Below are positions 50,601 to 60,060 of a DNA stretch of 64,000 nucleotides, piece after piece; within the stretch, counting starts at the first letter, position 1, and each line of letters starts with the position of its first letter. Location: contig OZ336875.1 in NCBI GenBank assembly GCA_965287045.1, forward strand, positions 41,788,001 through 41,852,000, in the 5' to 3' direction. Source of the stretch: Carcharhinus amblyrhynchos (taxonomy: Eukaryota). The notes under the pieces were generated by a model that saw only the letters and a program-made list of their open reading frames with translations, was not told where the DNA came from and searched no databases. Position numbers and translations under genes: made by a program.

Positions 50601-52041
50601 TACTTTGGTAATTGTGTACATTAAACCAAATCCTGTCACCCCGATGGCACAGCTCAATGGTACAACCGGGTGAATCTTTACCTGGGTAAATTAGTCATGT
50701 TAAATACTGCCACCTGGATCAACTGCAAGATAAGCCAGGATGGTGAGCAAACAAATACATGAAGAAAATTAGCATAATATAACCATAAAGGAGAAGCAAA
50801 TGTCATGCTAGCTTATTGCCTGGTAGTTAGAGTGCTAATATTAAAACCATGTATATCTGTAAAACATATACAAGTTTCACTACCCATGAGGGAGCTGTAA
50901 CACTTCTTAAAAATAAAAAAAATTATCATTTATTTCACCTTCAGCTTACGGGTAAGTACAAAAATGGCAGTGTCTGGGCCAGAAGGAATCACTGCTCATC
51001 TATTCCTGACTGATTTAAATTTAAACATTCCCACACTACTGAAGTTAACTCTGACGCTGGGGAAGGGGAGGATGTATATGAATGGTCAAGTAATTGAGAG
51101 TATTTATAACTTTGGGAACAACATAAAATGGATGAACGCAATTCAACTGCTCTAGACACATATCTCCCAATTTTAATTTTTGTTAACATCAGTGGAAATT
51201 AAAATCGCGAAAGATGTATAAAGAGCAGCTGATCTGATATTGACCATTTATCCACAGCCACCCCTTCCCCTGCAACATCACAATTAACCCCAACGCTGTG
51301 GGAACGCTTAAATTTAAATCATTTGCCATCGATGGACCAAAAGCTTGGTAGTTATTGTAAAGATTTCTGTGATAAGAAACGATTGGTTAGTCATTAATAA
51401 ATATCCCAGAGCTGCAAGACACATGTTTTCACTCTCTAGTGAGGACGGTTTTCATCAGCCCTTTCCTAGGCCATTAGAAGGATCAGTTGGCAATGGAAAT
51501 TGGTTACTCCAGTGTCACCAAAATAAAAAGCCTAATAAGAAGTGTCCAATTTTTAGTAAGGCATATCTAATAAAGCATTTAAAAATGAAGGCAACTTGTA
51601 AGTTAAAATTATAAAATATTCCCTATCCACAAACACTGCTGTGTCCAGTTGCAGAAGGCCTCATGCTCCTTCTCCAGTGCTATCCATTTGAGGACAAGGC
51701 TGGGGAAGACAGTCAGTGAGACCACCTTCACAGGTTGCCTCCAACAAGGATGCTGCTTGTTAGTGGATTGCCGAAGCAGTTTGGGACAGTCACAGCAAAG
51801 ATCCCCCAACCTATTCCCTTACATCTTCCAACAAGTCCCAGCCACAAAATACATGAGCAACAGTGGGGTTCCTTATTTATCTGGGCTTTGCATCCACAGC
51901 CTGTTTAGTTTGTCACTCAAGAGAGGGTCAATGTTTGACATTAAGATATGGAGGGTGACAACTCTTTCTCTTTTTTTGCTTGTGATCTGCAGCAGCAAGA
52001 AGGGTGCTGGCAAGGGCAAGGTTGGTGGCCGCTGGAAGTAA
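8632..52041 (+). CDS. TNNT3: Troponin T, fast skeletal muscle (spliced CDS, ~267 aa with all N-terminal exons and one of exon alpha/beta)
   Basis: Manually spliced GT-AG exons translate to MSDTEEVYE...[193 protein letters not shown]-[alpha/beta][15 protein letters not shown]. [11 protein letters not shown], the exon sizes 46/117/78/114/110/91/41 and the mutually exclusive penultimate exons are TNNT3 hallmarks. Confidence 0.96.
8835..8842 (+). CDS. TNNT3: TNNT3 8-nt microexon (phase 2 to 1; V-Y-E)
   Basis: Strong polypyrimidine tract ...ttcttttctcttcttgcag|GTATGAAG|gtaaat. An exon of length 3n+2 is needed to reach the phase-1 exons that follow. Confidence 0.8.
9350..10830 (-). mobile_element. 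Fragmented old CR1 LINE with a nested Penelope-type hairpin
   Basis: RT remnants PGPDGIYP and [15 protein letters not shown]; FKDRLEKL at the 3' end. Confidence 0.75.
9577..9780. mobile_element. Palindromic Penelope pLTR-derived element
   Basis: Arms aagaagtctcacaacacc... (9621) and ...ggtgttgtgagacttctt (9777) are inverted and match the end of the element at 11100. Confidence 0.75.
11100..12935 (-). mobile_element. Penelope-like retroelement (degenerate RT + GIY-YIG endonuclease)
   Basis: Frameshifted ORFs with [35 protein letters not shown]...LYHKPTD, and NVIYTIPC...WYIGET (GIY-YIG). Confidence 0.92.
15290..15590 (-). mobile_element. tRNA-derived shark SINE (duplicated copy at ~21250-21550)
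   Basis: Same family; predates the 5.96-kb duplication. Confidence 0.8.
16764..16769 (+). CDS. TNNT3: TNNT3 6-nt microexon A1 (EE)
   Basis: gctaac branch point, cttcag|AAGAAG|gtatgt, upstream YGCY cluster and TGCATG. Confidence 0.7.
17090..17570. repeat. Degenerate low-complexity tandem repeat (tatccc.aataatt-like), also at ~23050-23520 and ~26850-27050
   Basis: Recurrent TATCCC/CCAATAAT motifs between the A and B microexons. Confidence 0.6.
17869..17886 (+). CDS. TNNT3: TNNT3 18-nt microexon B1 (EAYAEE)
   Basis: tttcccag|AAGCGTACGCTGAAGAAG|gtatgt; symmetric phase 1; acidic peptide. Confidence 0.8.
22724..22729 (+). CDS. TNNT3: TNNT3 6-nt microexon A2 (EE), duplicate copy
   Basis: Same context as A1 in the second duplication unit; branch point reads gctaat. 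Confidence 0.62.
23824..23841 (+). CDS. TNNT3: TNNT3 18-nt microexon B2 (EAYAEE), duplicate copy
   Basis: Identical exon and splice sites to B1. Confidence 0.72.
26523..26540 (+). CDS. TNNT3: TNNT3 18-nt microexon A3 (EEIAEE)
   Basis: cattaac branch point, ttttcag|AAGAGATTGCTGAAGAAG|gtatgt. Confidence 0.82.
27338..27355 (+). CDS. TNNT3: TNNT3 18-nt microexon B3 (EVHHEE)
   Basis: cctgac branch point, ttctcccag|AAGTGCACCATGAAGAAG|gtatgt; resembles EVHEE-type TNNT3 exons. Confidence 0.85.
28658..28681 (+). CDS. TNNT3: TNNT3 24-nt exon (VYGNEDED)
   Basis: T-rich tract ...ggacag|TTTATGGAAACGAAGATGAAGACG|gtattt; phase 1 symmetric and acidic; weaker donor. Confidence 0.7.
32045..32825 (-). mobile_element. 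CR1/HER1-type LINE 3' fragment
   Basis: (tcatagag)-type tail and a CR1 RT 3' end on the reverse strand. Confidence 0.8.
33088..33109 (+). CDS. TNNT3: TNNT3 exon (EEEKPRMK)
   Basis: tacag|AGGAGGAAAAGCCAAGGATGAA|gtgagt; matches the EEKPRPK exon of TNNT3. Confidence 0.92.
34300..34880 (+). repeat. ~600-nt pyrimidine-rich low-complexity tract
   Basis: Almost purely C/T on the + strand. Confidence 0.8.
35560..35605 (+). CDS. TNNT3: TNNT3 46-nt exon ([15 protein letters not shown])
   Basis: Canonical TnT motif; tacag|...|gtgagt. Confidence 0.96.
36606..36722 (+). CDS. TNNT3: TNNT3 117-nt exon ([11 protein letters not shown]...ALKERI)
   Basis: Tropomyosin-binding T1 helix; ttcag|...|gtgagt. Confidence 0.97.
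36975..37295 (+). mobile_element. HE1-like SINE (further + copies at ~37745-38092, ~38970-39280, ~40785-41085)
   Basis: tRNA-like head and a tail ending gcactgtagggattctatgatt (the ~38970 copy is interrupted by a MITE before the tail). Confidence 0.85.
37350..37427 (+). CDS. TNNT3: TNNT3 78-nt exon ([14 protein letters not shown]...RQA)
   Basis: Canonical TnT motif; cacag|...|gtaagt. Confidence 0.97.
38442..38555 (+). CDS. TNNT3: TNNT3 114-nt exon (EEKARREE...SSYLAR)
   Basis: aatag|...|gtaaaa; [18 protein letters not shown] motif. Confidence 0.96.
38860..39710 (+). mobile_element. Older SINE interrupted by a nested HE1-like SINE and a MITE (family also at ~57080-57385 and ~59170-59355, minus strand)
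   Basis: Head gtcactggactagtaatccagagg; body resumes ~39450 with ggttcactaat...aaatctgc...cactcagttcaagg. Confidence 0.6.
39279..39403. mobile_element. Short MITE-like element (relatives at ~44589-44715, ~45189-45313, ~53415-53540, ~38200-38350)
   Basis: Shared ggccagaactctacc...aaaatcccgccc sequence with imperfect inverted ends. Confidence 0.6.
39975..40084 (+). CDS. TNNT3: TNNT3 110-nt exon ([10 protein letters not shown]...EDKL)
   Basis: atcag|...|gtgagt; [13 protein letters not shown] motif. Confidence 0.97.
41467..41557 (+). CDS. TNNT3: TNNT3 91-nt exon ([10 protein letters not shown]...KRQKYE)
   Basis: atcag|...|gtatgt; IT-arm helix. Confidence 0.96.
43060..43290 (-). mobile_element. 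RTE-clade LINE 3' fragment
   Basis: [23 protein letters not shown]...WIGHILS...[12 protein letters not shown] is typical of the RTE ORF C-terminus. Confidence 0.8.
43440..44372 (+). mobile_element. Young 5'-truncated CR1/HER1 LINE
   Basis: [24 protein letters not shown], then a 216-aa open frame (RDLGVLV...RPQLEY...[16 protein letters not shown]); (ttcttatg) tail. Confidence 0.93.
45641..45681 (+). CDS. TNNT3: TNNT3 mutually exclusive exon alpha (exon-16-like; [14 protein letters not shown])
   Basis: 41 nt, ttttag|...|gtaagt; ends LAKF like tetrapod exon 16. Confidence 0.9.
46906..46946 (+). CDS. TNNT3: TNNT3 mutually exclusive exon beta (exon-17-like; [14 protein letters not shown])
   Basis: 41 nt, tactaat branch point, tacag|...|gtaagt; resembles ITTLRSRIDQAQKH. 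Confidence 0.93.
50050..50470 (-). mobile_element. Old CR1 LINE 3' fragment
   Basis: [18 protein letters not shown] remnant. Confidence 0.65.
51993..52041 (+). CDS. TNNT3: TNNT3 last coding exon ([15 protein letters not shown])
   Basis: Canonical TnT C-terminus; TAA at 52039-52041. Confidence 0.96.
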
Positions 52042-52294
52042 GCGGTTGAAGCAGGAGCCTCCACTGCAGCATGACCTGACTGCATTGCCTCGAGCTTGGA
52101 TTCTTACAAGGCATATCTCAAGTGGCAAACAATCTATAGCACTATTAGGTCCAAGGCTTGGCAACAATCCACTGAGCTATCTTACTCTGCGTTGCACATT
52201 GGATTCACAACAATTACCCTCTTCATTTACCATGTTAATATAGAGCCTATCCTCCTCTATTACAAACAACTGTCTTAACATTCTTGTTTTTGTA

Positions 52295-52300
52295 AATAAA
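52295..52300 (+). terminator. TNNT3 polyadenylation signal
   Basis: AATAAA ~255 nt after the stop codon, followed by T-rich sequence. Confidence 0.75.
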
Positions 52301-52379
52301 GCATGGCATCTAATTTATTTTCCTTCCGATTTGAATATTTGTTCATATCTCAAGCTCCATGAAAAAGAGAATCCTGACC

Positions 52380-52810
52380 ACAGCTATTTGAAAGATTAAA
52401 AGGTCTGAACCTGTTCAGTCTAAAAAGGAGAAGATTTAGAGGAGGTGATGGAAGTCTTTAAAATAATGACTGGCTTTTGGACAGGGTAGATGTAGAAAGA
52501 ATGTTTTCACTTTTGGAAAATCCACAAATACAGGATAGTTACTACTAAATCCAGCAAGGAAATAGAAATGTCTTCACTCTGAGTGTAGTTAGAATGCGGA
52601 ACTTACTATCAGAGGAGGCAGTAGAGGCAAATAGTTTAGACCCTTTCAAAAAGAAACTAGCTAAAGTACATGAGGGGAAAGGGAATAAAAGTCTTTGCTG
52701 AAAGGTTGAGAGGAGGTAGATGGAATGGGAGATTTGTGAGATGCATAAGAACTGACTAGTTGGGCCAAATTGGCTATTTTTATTTGCTGTATTTTCTTAT
52801 GTATGTGTCT
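52380..52810 (+). mobile_element. Old CR1 LINE 3' fragment
   Basis: Degenerate similarity to 43920-44370. Confidence 0.65.
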
Positions 52811-53759
52811 ATATATGTATCTACAGTGTATTAAAAATGGTATGTCAAATATACAGATACAAATATCAGCCATGGCTGATCGCACTCTTACCTGAGCCAG
52901 AATGTTGTGGATCGTACATTAATCTGGAGATTCATGGGTATAATCCATGATTATGTATCAGTGTACAGTAACTCCTCCTTTAAAGTTGCAATTGTTCCTG
53001 AAAAATCATGACAAAGTGAAACAACTTTATGTGAATCGTAAGTTCCCATAGAACTCAATGTTAAAGCCAGAGTTAGATTCCTACAGTCATTTCTTACCCG
53101 GAATAAAAAGTACAAGTACAAATATTGTATCACATGTCTGAGCACTGCGCATTTTTAGTTGAATAAACTTGCAAAATAAATCATTCAACAAAAAAGAAAT
53201 ACAATATTAAATTATTTTTTAAAATTACAGCACTCCATAATTCTCACCTCAATAAACAGTGATCTTAGAGTGAATAGGCTCTTACTAGTGGTAGAAGTTG
53301 GCTGGTGCAGTTAGCAGATGATGTCCTGACCTAAAGCGAGTTCTGATGTGAAGCCAGAAGTCAAGAGCTATTGAAGAACAGACCCCCAAGCGCTCTAGTA
53401 AGAACAGATACTGCGGGCAGGATTTTCCAGCCGCGCTCGTCCCAAGGCCGGAAATTCCCGCCCAAGGTCAATGGACCTTTGCATGGTCAGCTCCCACCCG
53501 CTACGATTCCTCTGGCGGGCGGGAACAGAAACATCCCACCCTAGGAGCCAGCAAGGCTATAATTAACAGAAAGGGCATCAGCAACTGGAGAGAGAGTCGG
53601 CAACAGCAGGAGTAGGAGGAAGAGGGACTGAGAGTGAGGGTAAATGACAAGCCATAGAAGAGGAAGTTGAGTGAAACTGCCAACGTTAATCAGATATATA
53701 TTATATTAATGGTGTTAAACTGAACCTCCATTTGGTGAGTCGACATTTAGTGAAGACTC

Positions 53760-53950
53760 ACGCTTAGCTGCGTGAGTGTTACTCATTGCTATGCAAGGAC
53801 TGCCCTACCATTAGTTTTGGATAAAATGTTAAATTTAAGCCCCTCTCTAGGTGACTACAAAAAATAGGTCATACTATTCAAAGAGAAGGAATTTTCCTAC
53901 TGTATTGACCAATTATTTACCCTCAGTCAACACCACCAGACACTATTACT
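53760..53950 (+). mobile_element. Deu-domain-like SINE remnant (another at ~62030-62310, minus strand)
   Basis: atactattcaaagagaagg...gaccaattatttaccctca resembles the DeuSINE central domain. Confidence 0.45.
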
Positions 53951-54959
53951 TCCAGGTCAGATATATCCCATTTCCTTGACCTGTCAGTTCAATATGCCTC
54001 AGTTCCCAATCTCAGAAAAACACACTTTACTGTATCAATGTTAAACATTTTCAATGCTCCACCTGCATTTTCCAAGGGTATGATGAGGGAGGGCTGGCCA
54101 AGGTGAATAAGTTCAAGTTTATGGAGGATGAAAGACGGGAGGCTGACCAGGAGTGCATTGGAATAAAGGTAATAAAGGCATGAACCAGGCTTTCAGCAGA
54201 TGAGCTGAGATAGGGCAAAGTCTGGCAAAGTTACAGAGCTGGAAATAAAGTAGACTTTGTGTTTTCCAGCTCTCTGCCAATGTTCCTACAGCACCATTCA
54301 TTAGATTCACGCACTCCCAAGCCTCTTTCAAGACCTCAACACTCGCATCACAAAGAGATCACCCAGGAGCTTTCTGTTTGTGTAAAAACATGGAACTCTT
54401 AAATAACCAACATTTTCTGATGAATCTCCACCATCCATTCCCCATGAATAATAGAAATTTTACACTACATGGTCTGAGTGATAACACAGTTTTTAGAAAA
54501 GAGATTCAGGAAAGAACACAAAGGAAAATAGAAACCATCAGAAACACTCAGTGCACCATTAAGTATCTGTGGTGAGAACAGATCAGTTAATGTTTTAGGT
54601 GTGGATCATTTTGCAGACCTGAAAGATATTACAGATGAGCAATATCTAAAAAGAGCAGAAATTATTAATGCTGAAAATCTGAAAATAAATCCTGAAAATA
54701 CTCAATAGATCAAGCAGCATTTTTATAAAGAGAAAGAAAGTTAGCGGGCTGAATTTTCAGTCCTGTCAGGGACGAGAATGCAGGCAGGGTTGGGGGGAAT
54801 GAGAATATCAGTTCCCCAAAACCCTTCCTGCGTCAGGGAAACCCACCAAGGTGAGACGAAGTGGCCTCAAGATCCCATCTAATCCAAGATTAAACATTGT
54901 TAGAGTGCTCATTGAAAGCTCATTAAGAGACAGTTTCTGATGTTGACAGGGACACACAG

Positions 54960-55270
54960 GTTGGGGCAGCCCAGGTAAATGCAAATGGAATTTAATCCTG
55001 AGAGTGTGAGGTGATGCATTTTGGAAAGATTAACAGGGCAAGGGAATGCACAATGAATGGTAGGATACTAGGAGCTATAGAGGACAAGAGAAGTCTTGGG
55101 CACAAGTCCAAAAATCCCCGAAGGCAGCAGGTAGACAAGATAGTTAAGAAGGCATGTGGGATACTTGCCTTTGTTAACTGAGGTACAGAATATACGATGT
55201 AACTGTATAAAGTGCTTATTAGAATACAACTAGAGATTGTGTACAATTCTGGGTCATAAAGCTTGCAATG
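54960..55270 (+). mobile_element. CR1 LINE fragment
   Basis: atggaatttaatcctgagagtgtgaggtgatgcattttgg is a CR1 RT motif. Confidence 0.7.
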
Positions 55271-55489
55271 GGGCACACATCTCAGATTTCAGTTGAAGCT
55301 GTGAATGGGGGAACACCATTCTGCATGAAGCGCAAGAGGCCAGAACTCCTCAGGAAAGGGACAAGAGGCAGGAAGTGCATGAAGGTCATACCGTCAGCAT
55401 TGTACTTACCGATGAATCAAGAACTACCTTGACATGACTGAGAGTTAATGCGGCAAGAAATTATGTCTCTCCAGGGAATTGGTCTTTTT

Positions 55490-55740
55490 TTCAAGTTTAC
55501 TTATTTGTCACAAGTAGGCTTACATTAACACTGCAATGAAGTTACTGTGAAAATCCCCTAGTCACTACACTCCAGCGCCTGTTTGGGTACACTGAGGGAG
55601 AATTTAGTTTGGCCAATGCACCTAACCAGCACATCTTTGTATTGTGAAAGGAAATTGGAGCACCCGGAGGAAGCTCACGCACAGGGAGAACATGCAAACT
55701 CCACACTAACAGTGACCCAAGCTGGGAATGGAACCAGCCA
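55490..55740 (-). mobile_element. tRNA-derived shark SINE (5'-truncated)
   Basis: Same tail as 6330-6600. Confidence 0.8.
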
Positions 55741-55899
55741 GCATTTTCCCTCATCTCCGAGAACTCACACCTTGTAGTGCAACTCACTATATCCTGCCAG
55801 TAGCTGCTAGTCATTACAGCCATGAACTTTTTTTGCTTCTGGCTCCTTTCAAGTATCAGACTGGACCCTGGTGTTGTCAAGAGCAAACCTGCATTATTT

Positions 55900-56300
55900 T
55901 GCTGTTAAACCCTTAGTTGTCCATAGCTCTCCTCAGTCAATAAATCTTTTAGTTTGTTACTTGCAAATGGCTGCACATCATTACTTCTTGCTGGCCCTGT
56001 TTGTGAGAGCTGGGCAGTACATTCAATTCCAGAGAGGCATGGCCTCACAGGGACAAAGAGTAGTGAATTTCACTGCCAAGGCTGGATTCCCCCAGGAAGC
56101 GAGCATCATTGATCATACCAATATGGCTAAAAAGGCATCCAGTGAGGGGCCAGTCAAATTTAACAACAGGAAAGGCTTTCACTTCCTCAGTGTTCAGCTG
56201 TCCGTGACAACAATAATGTCTTCCATGTCTGTGCTGGTTTTCATGACAGCTGCCATCCAGGCAGCTTCATCCTTCAGTCATCCAGGCTGTCACAATTCTA
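55900..56300 (+). mobile_element. PIF/Harbinger transposase remnant
   Basis: AGFPQEASIIDHTNMAKKASSEGPVKFNNRKGFHFLSVQL matches the HARBI1-like GFP...IDCTH...NRKGFHS.NVQ DDE motif. Confidence 0.75.
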
Positions 56301-57829
56301 CACCCTGACCATTCCAGACCCCACCCTGCTGAGAAAATGTCCAGGGCAGCCATGATACACTCAGTTTAATTAAGACACTGATTCATAACAGGCCATTAAT
56401 GTCAAGGATCATCTGATTTAGGCTCTGTTTTGAGAGGACCCAGGAGGAAAAACATGGTCAGGAAGGCACACATACCTCCCATTCCCAGCATACACCCTGA
56501 GGCTCCTCAGCCCATATGTCTGCTGGAGGATGAATACCCAAAGGCCTGTCCTGAGGGGTGGGGGTTGCACTCACCTTGCCCGAACATCACTGTACCACTG
56601 TGCCTCCTGACACTGGGTCCAAGTTCAGCAGTAATAAATAACACTTTCTTTAATATTCATAAAAAGCTGTAACTAATAAAGACACATCCAGCATACCAAA
56701 TTTGCTGAGCAGCAATCTATCAGTACAAGTCATGTGGCCTCAAAGCAATGCTTCACAAACAGGAGTTTCATTGGTTTCTGGAATTTTCCCATTGTCAACA
56801 GTGTAGTATTCGAGGCAACTTGATGTGGCAAGTAATAAACTAAATGATTTATTGACTGAGAAGAACTATGTACAACTTGGGATTTGAGGTTTACTCTCGA
56901 CAACAGCCCAACTCCAACTGAAGCCTACCAGCCCCTGGAATGTGAGCCTTTACTACCAATTTGCCCTGGTTCATTCACTTGCACTCCATTGGTTCCAGCT
57001 TGGTCAACTGGCCACGAAAGATTGCCCATTAAAGGGGTCATACTATCACAATCTGCTTCGGACTTCTTAAAAAATTCATTCATATGATGACAAGGTGAGC
57101 TTTTGTTTGCCATCCCTAATCGCCCTTAAACTGCGTCTGGTTGGGCCACTTCTCAGAGTCAACCATCCTGCAGTGGATTTGGAATCATATGTCAGTCAGG
57201 CCTAGAAAGCCTGGCAGATTTCCTTCTCTAAAGAACATTAGAGAACCAAATGAGTGTTTATGACAATCAACATTAGACTTTTAATTCCAGATTTTTATTG
57301 CCATGGTGGATTCAAATTTATCCAGATATGACCTGAGTCTCCGGATTACAATCCATCGATAATGTCACTACACCACTGCCTCCCCTGTATATCCTAATAT
57401 TATCAATTTTATCTTATAATCATATTTAACAAGAAAATGTGTAGGCATTTTGGAGTTTGTGAGGGAAAATATCCCTGCATTCTGTTTTTGTGCAGAAAAC
57501 CTACAGAAATATGTACTGGGGCAGGAGTATGGGCCACTCGGACCATTCAATAAGATCATAGTTGATCTGATTGTAACCTCAATCCATCATTCCTGGCTAA
57601 CCAGGTAACTTTTTATCCCCTTGTTAATCACAAAACTGTCTGGCTGTGCTTTATAAACATTCAAAGACCCTGCTTCCACTGCTTTTAGAGAAGTGAGTTC
57701 AAGAGACTCAAAACCTAAAGCTGAATCTTGCCAACAGTGGAATTCAGATGGAAATTTAAATTTAAGGCTAAATACCAAATGATTAATAATAATCCTGTAA
57801 TGATGGAGGCAGTGGCATGGTGATATTAT

Positions 57830-58295
57830 TATTACCAGGATGATGCCTGGTTTGGAGGGTAGGTCTTATGAGGAAAGGTTGAGGGAGCTAGGGCTTTTCT
57901 CTTTAGACTGGAGGAGGATGAGAGGCGACTTAATATATGTTTATAAGATGATGAGGGGGATAGATACAGTAGACATTCAGAGACTATTTCCTCTGGTGGA
58001 TATGTTACTAGGGGCATAACTATCCTAACTATCCATAACTAAGGCTCATGGTGGGAGATATAGGAGGGATGTCCGAGATAGGTTCTTTACTCAGAGAGTG
58101 GTTGGAGTGTGGAATGGACTGTCTGTTGTGATAGTGGAGTCAGACACTTTAGGAACTTTCAAGCGGTTATTGGATAGGCACGTGGAGCACTCCAGAATGA
58201 CAGGGAGTGGGATAACTTGATCTTGGTTTTGGACAAAGCTCAGCACAACATCGAGGGTTGAAGGGCCTGTACTATGCTGTACTGTTCTATGATCC
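57830..58295 (+). mobile_element. CR1 LINE 3' fragment
   Basis: YEERLRELGLFSL...FFTQRVVGVWNGL; ttctatg tail. Confidence 0.85.
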
Positions 58296-58577
58296 ATATG
58301 TTTAGTATTCTCACTGAATGTTTTAAAAACTGATGCAGATTTCTTTGTGTTTCTCAGATACAGAGCATGGAGAAAAATCAGGTGAGGTGAATCACATATC
58401 CAAAAGGGAGCCAGGCAATTTCCCAGCCTAATTTTAATCTTTGTGGCTGTGTCCAGGCATAGCAGAAGCAGGAACATGAAAATCTGCCCTATTGTTCTTT
58501 AAAGTGAACTTGAAGTCTTCAGTTCTATGTTCATGCTCACTTGTTCGAAATGGATGACATAGAAAATGTTAAAGCTT

Positions 58578-59030
58578 TTGATTTGATTTATTATTGTCAT
58601 ATTATTGGTATACAATGAAAAGTATTGTACCTTGTGCATTATACAGATAAAGCATATAGTTCATAGGCTACATAGGGGAGGAGAGTGCAAAATTTAGTGT
58701 TAGTCAGGGTGTAGAGGAAGATCAACTTAATATGAAATAAGTCCATTCAAAAGTCTGATGGCAGCAGGGAGGAAGCTGTTCTTGAGTCTGTTAGTACGTG
58801 ACCTTGGACTTCTGTACCTTTTTCCCAACGGAAGGTGGAAGAGAGTATATTCGGGGTGCGTGGGGTCCCTGGTTATTCTGGCTGATTATGCTGGCTGCTT
58901 TTCCAAGGCAGCGATAAGTGTAGGTGGAGTCAATGGAGGGGAGGCTGGTTTGCACAATGTACTGGGCCACATTAACAACCCTTTGTAGTTTCTTGTGTTG
59001 GGCAGAACAAGGACTATACCAAGCTGTGAC
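58578..59030 (-). mobile_element. Rex1/Babar-type LINE 3' fragment
   Basis: SAQHKKLQRVVNVAQYIVQTSLPSIDSTYTYRCLGKAASII motif; (tttga)n tail. Confidence 0.75.
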
Positions 59031-59552
59031 ACCTAGGTGAAAATGAATGTTTTTTTCCTGAATAACTATTTTTGGTTCTAAAATCCTAAAAGAAGCAATT
59101 AAATGGGGGAAGCTGATCAATACCACGACAGAGTGAGGCAGCACACGTGAGGCATTGGCAGCAACTACCTTTTGTTTATTTGTTCATGGGGCTTGGGCAT
59201 CTCAGCATTCATTGCCCATCCGTAACAAACTAAGCTTTCATGAATTAGCCACATTCAAATTTCACCTTTTGACAAGGTGGGATTGTGAAACCATTCCCCA
59301 AAGCATTACTCCGGATTACTAGCCCAGTGACAATACCACCATGCCACTGCCTCTCTCATTTCAGATGTGGTCGTTTCCTTTTGTAATTGTTTTAACTTAA
59401 CTCGGTTAACATATTATCCCTCTGAAAATAAAATAAATCAACGGGGTGAAGCGGTGGGGACTGTGGGCGAGAAGTGAATAAAAGTTGGAATAATGAGCTT
59501 GAGTCACGAATGCAGGACGCCTGGGTCAAAACAAGCAACTCCGGCGGACGAA

Positions 59553-59878
59553 TTTGGGCGGTGCACCAGGTGGCGGGGCAGGGTTTGGCCGGTGCACCAG
59601 GTGGCGGGGAAGGGTTTGGCCGGTGCACCAGGTGGCGGGGAAGGGTTTGGCCGGTGCACCAGGTGGCGGGGAAGGGTTTGGCCGGTGCACCAGGTGGCGG
59701 GGAACTGTTTGGGCGGTGCACCGTTTGGCGGGGAAGTATTTGGGGGGTGCACCATATGGCGGGGAAGTGTTTGGGCGGTGCACCAGGTGGCGGGGAAGTG
59801 TTTGGGCGGTGCACCAGGTGGCGGGGAAGTGTTTGGGCGGTGCACCAGGTGGCGGGGAAGTGTTTGGGCGGTGCACCA
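59553..59878 (+). repeat. 31-bp GC-rich minisatellite, ~10.5 copies, core GCACCAGGTGGCG (CTCF-like)
   Basis: GTGCACC recurs exactly every 31 nt from 59561 to 59871. Confidence 0.95.
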
Positions 59879-59879
59879 T

Positions 59880-60060
59880 CCCCTACTCTGGGTGGGTCAG
59901 GCTGGTGCCCTTGTATTTTATTCCTGGTTCTCGGCACCGAGTCTTATGTCTGCGAAACCCAGCCTCCTGGTTGTCCTCAGCGCTGCTGCTGAAGGTAGGT
60001 CGGTTCAAACCTGCCTCTGAACTCGGAGAGGTATTAAACCCGAGTGTCTTCGCCGGTGTT
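59880..60060 (+). promoter_or_regulatory. CpG-rich promoter/first-exon-like segment of an unidentified downstream gene
   Basis: CpG-rich; donor GAAG|gtaggt at 59994/59995; good acceptor tttcccag at ~60494. Confidence 0.35.

Noticed and set aside
8632-52041. Assignment as TNNT1 or TNNT2
   Set aside because: [11 protein letters not shown] and the mutually exclusive 41-nt exons fit TNNT3; slow and cardiac forms have DIHRKRMEKDL.
59553-59878. CRISPR-like periodicity
   Set aside because: No unique spacers, eukaryotic context, no cas genes.
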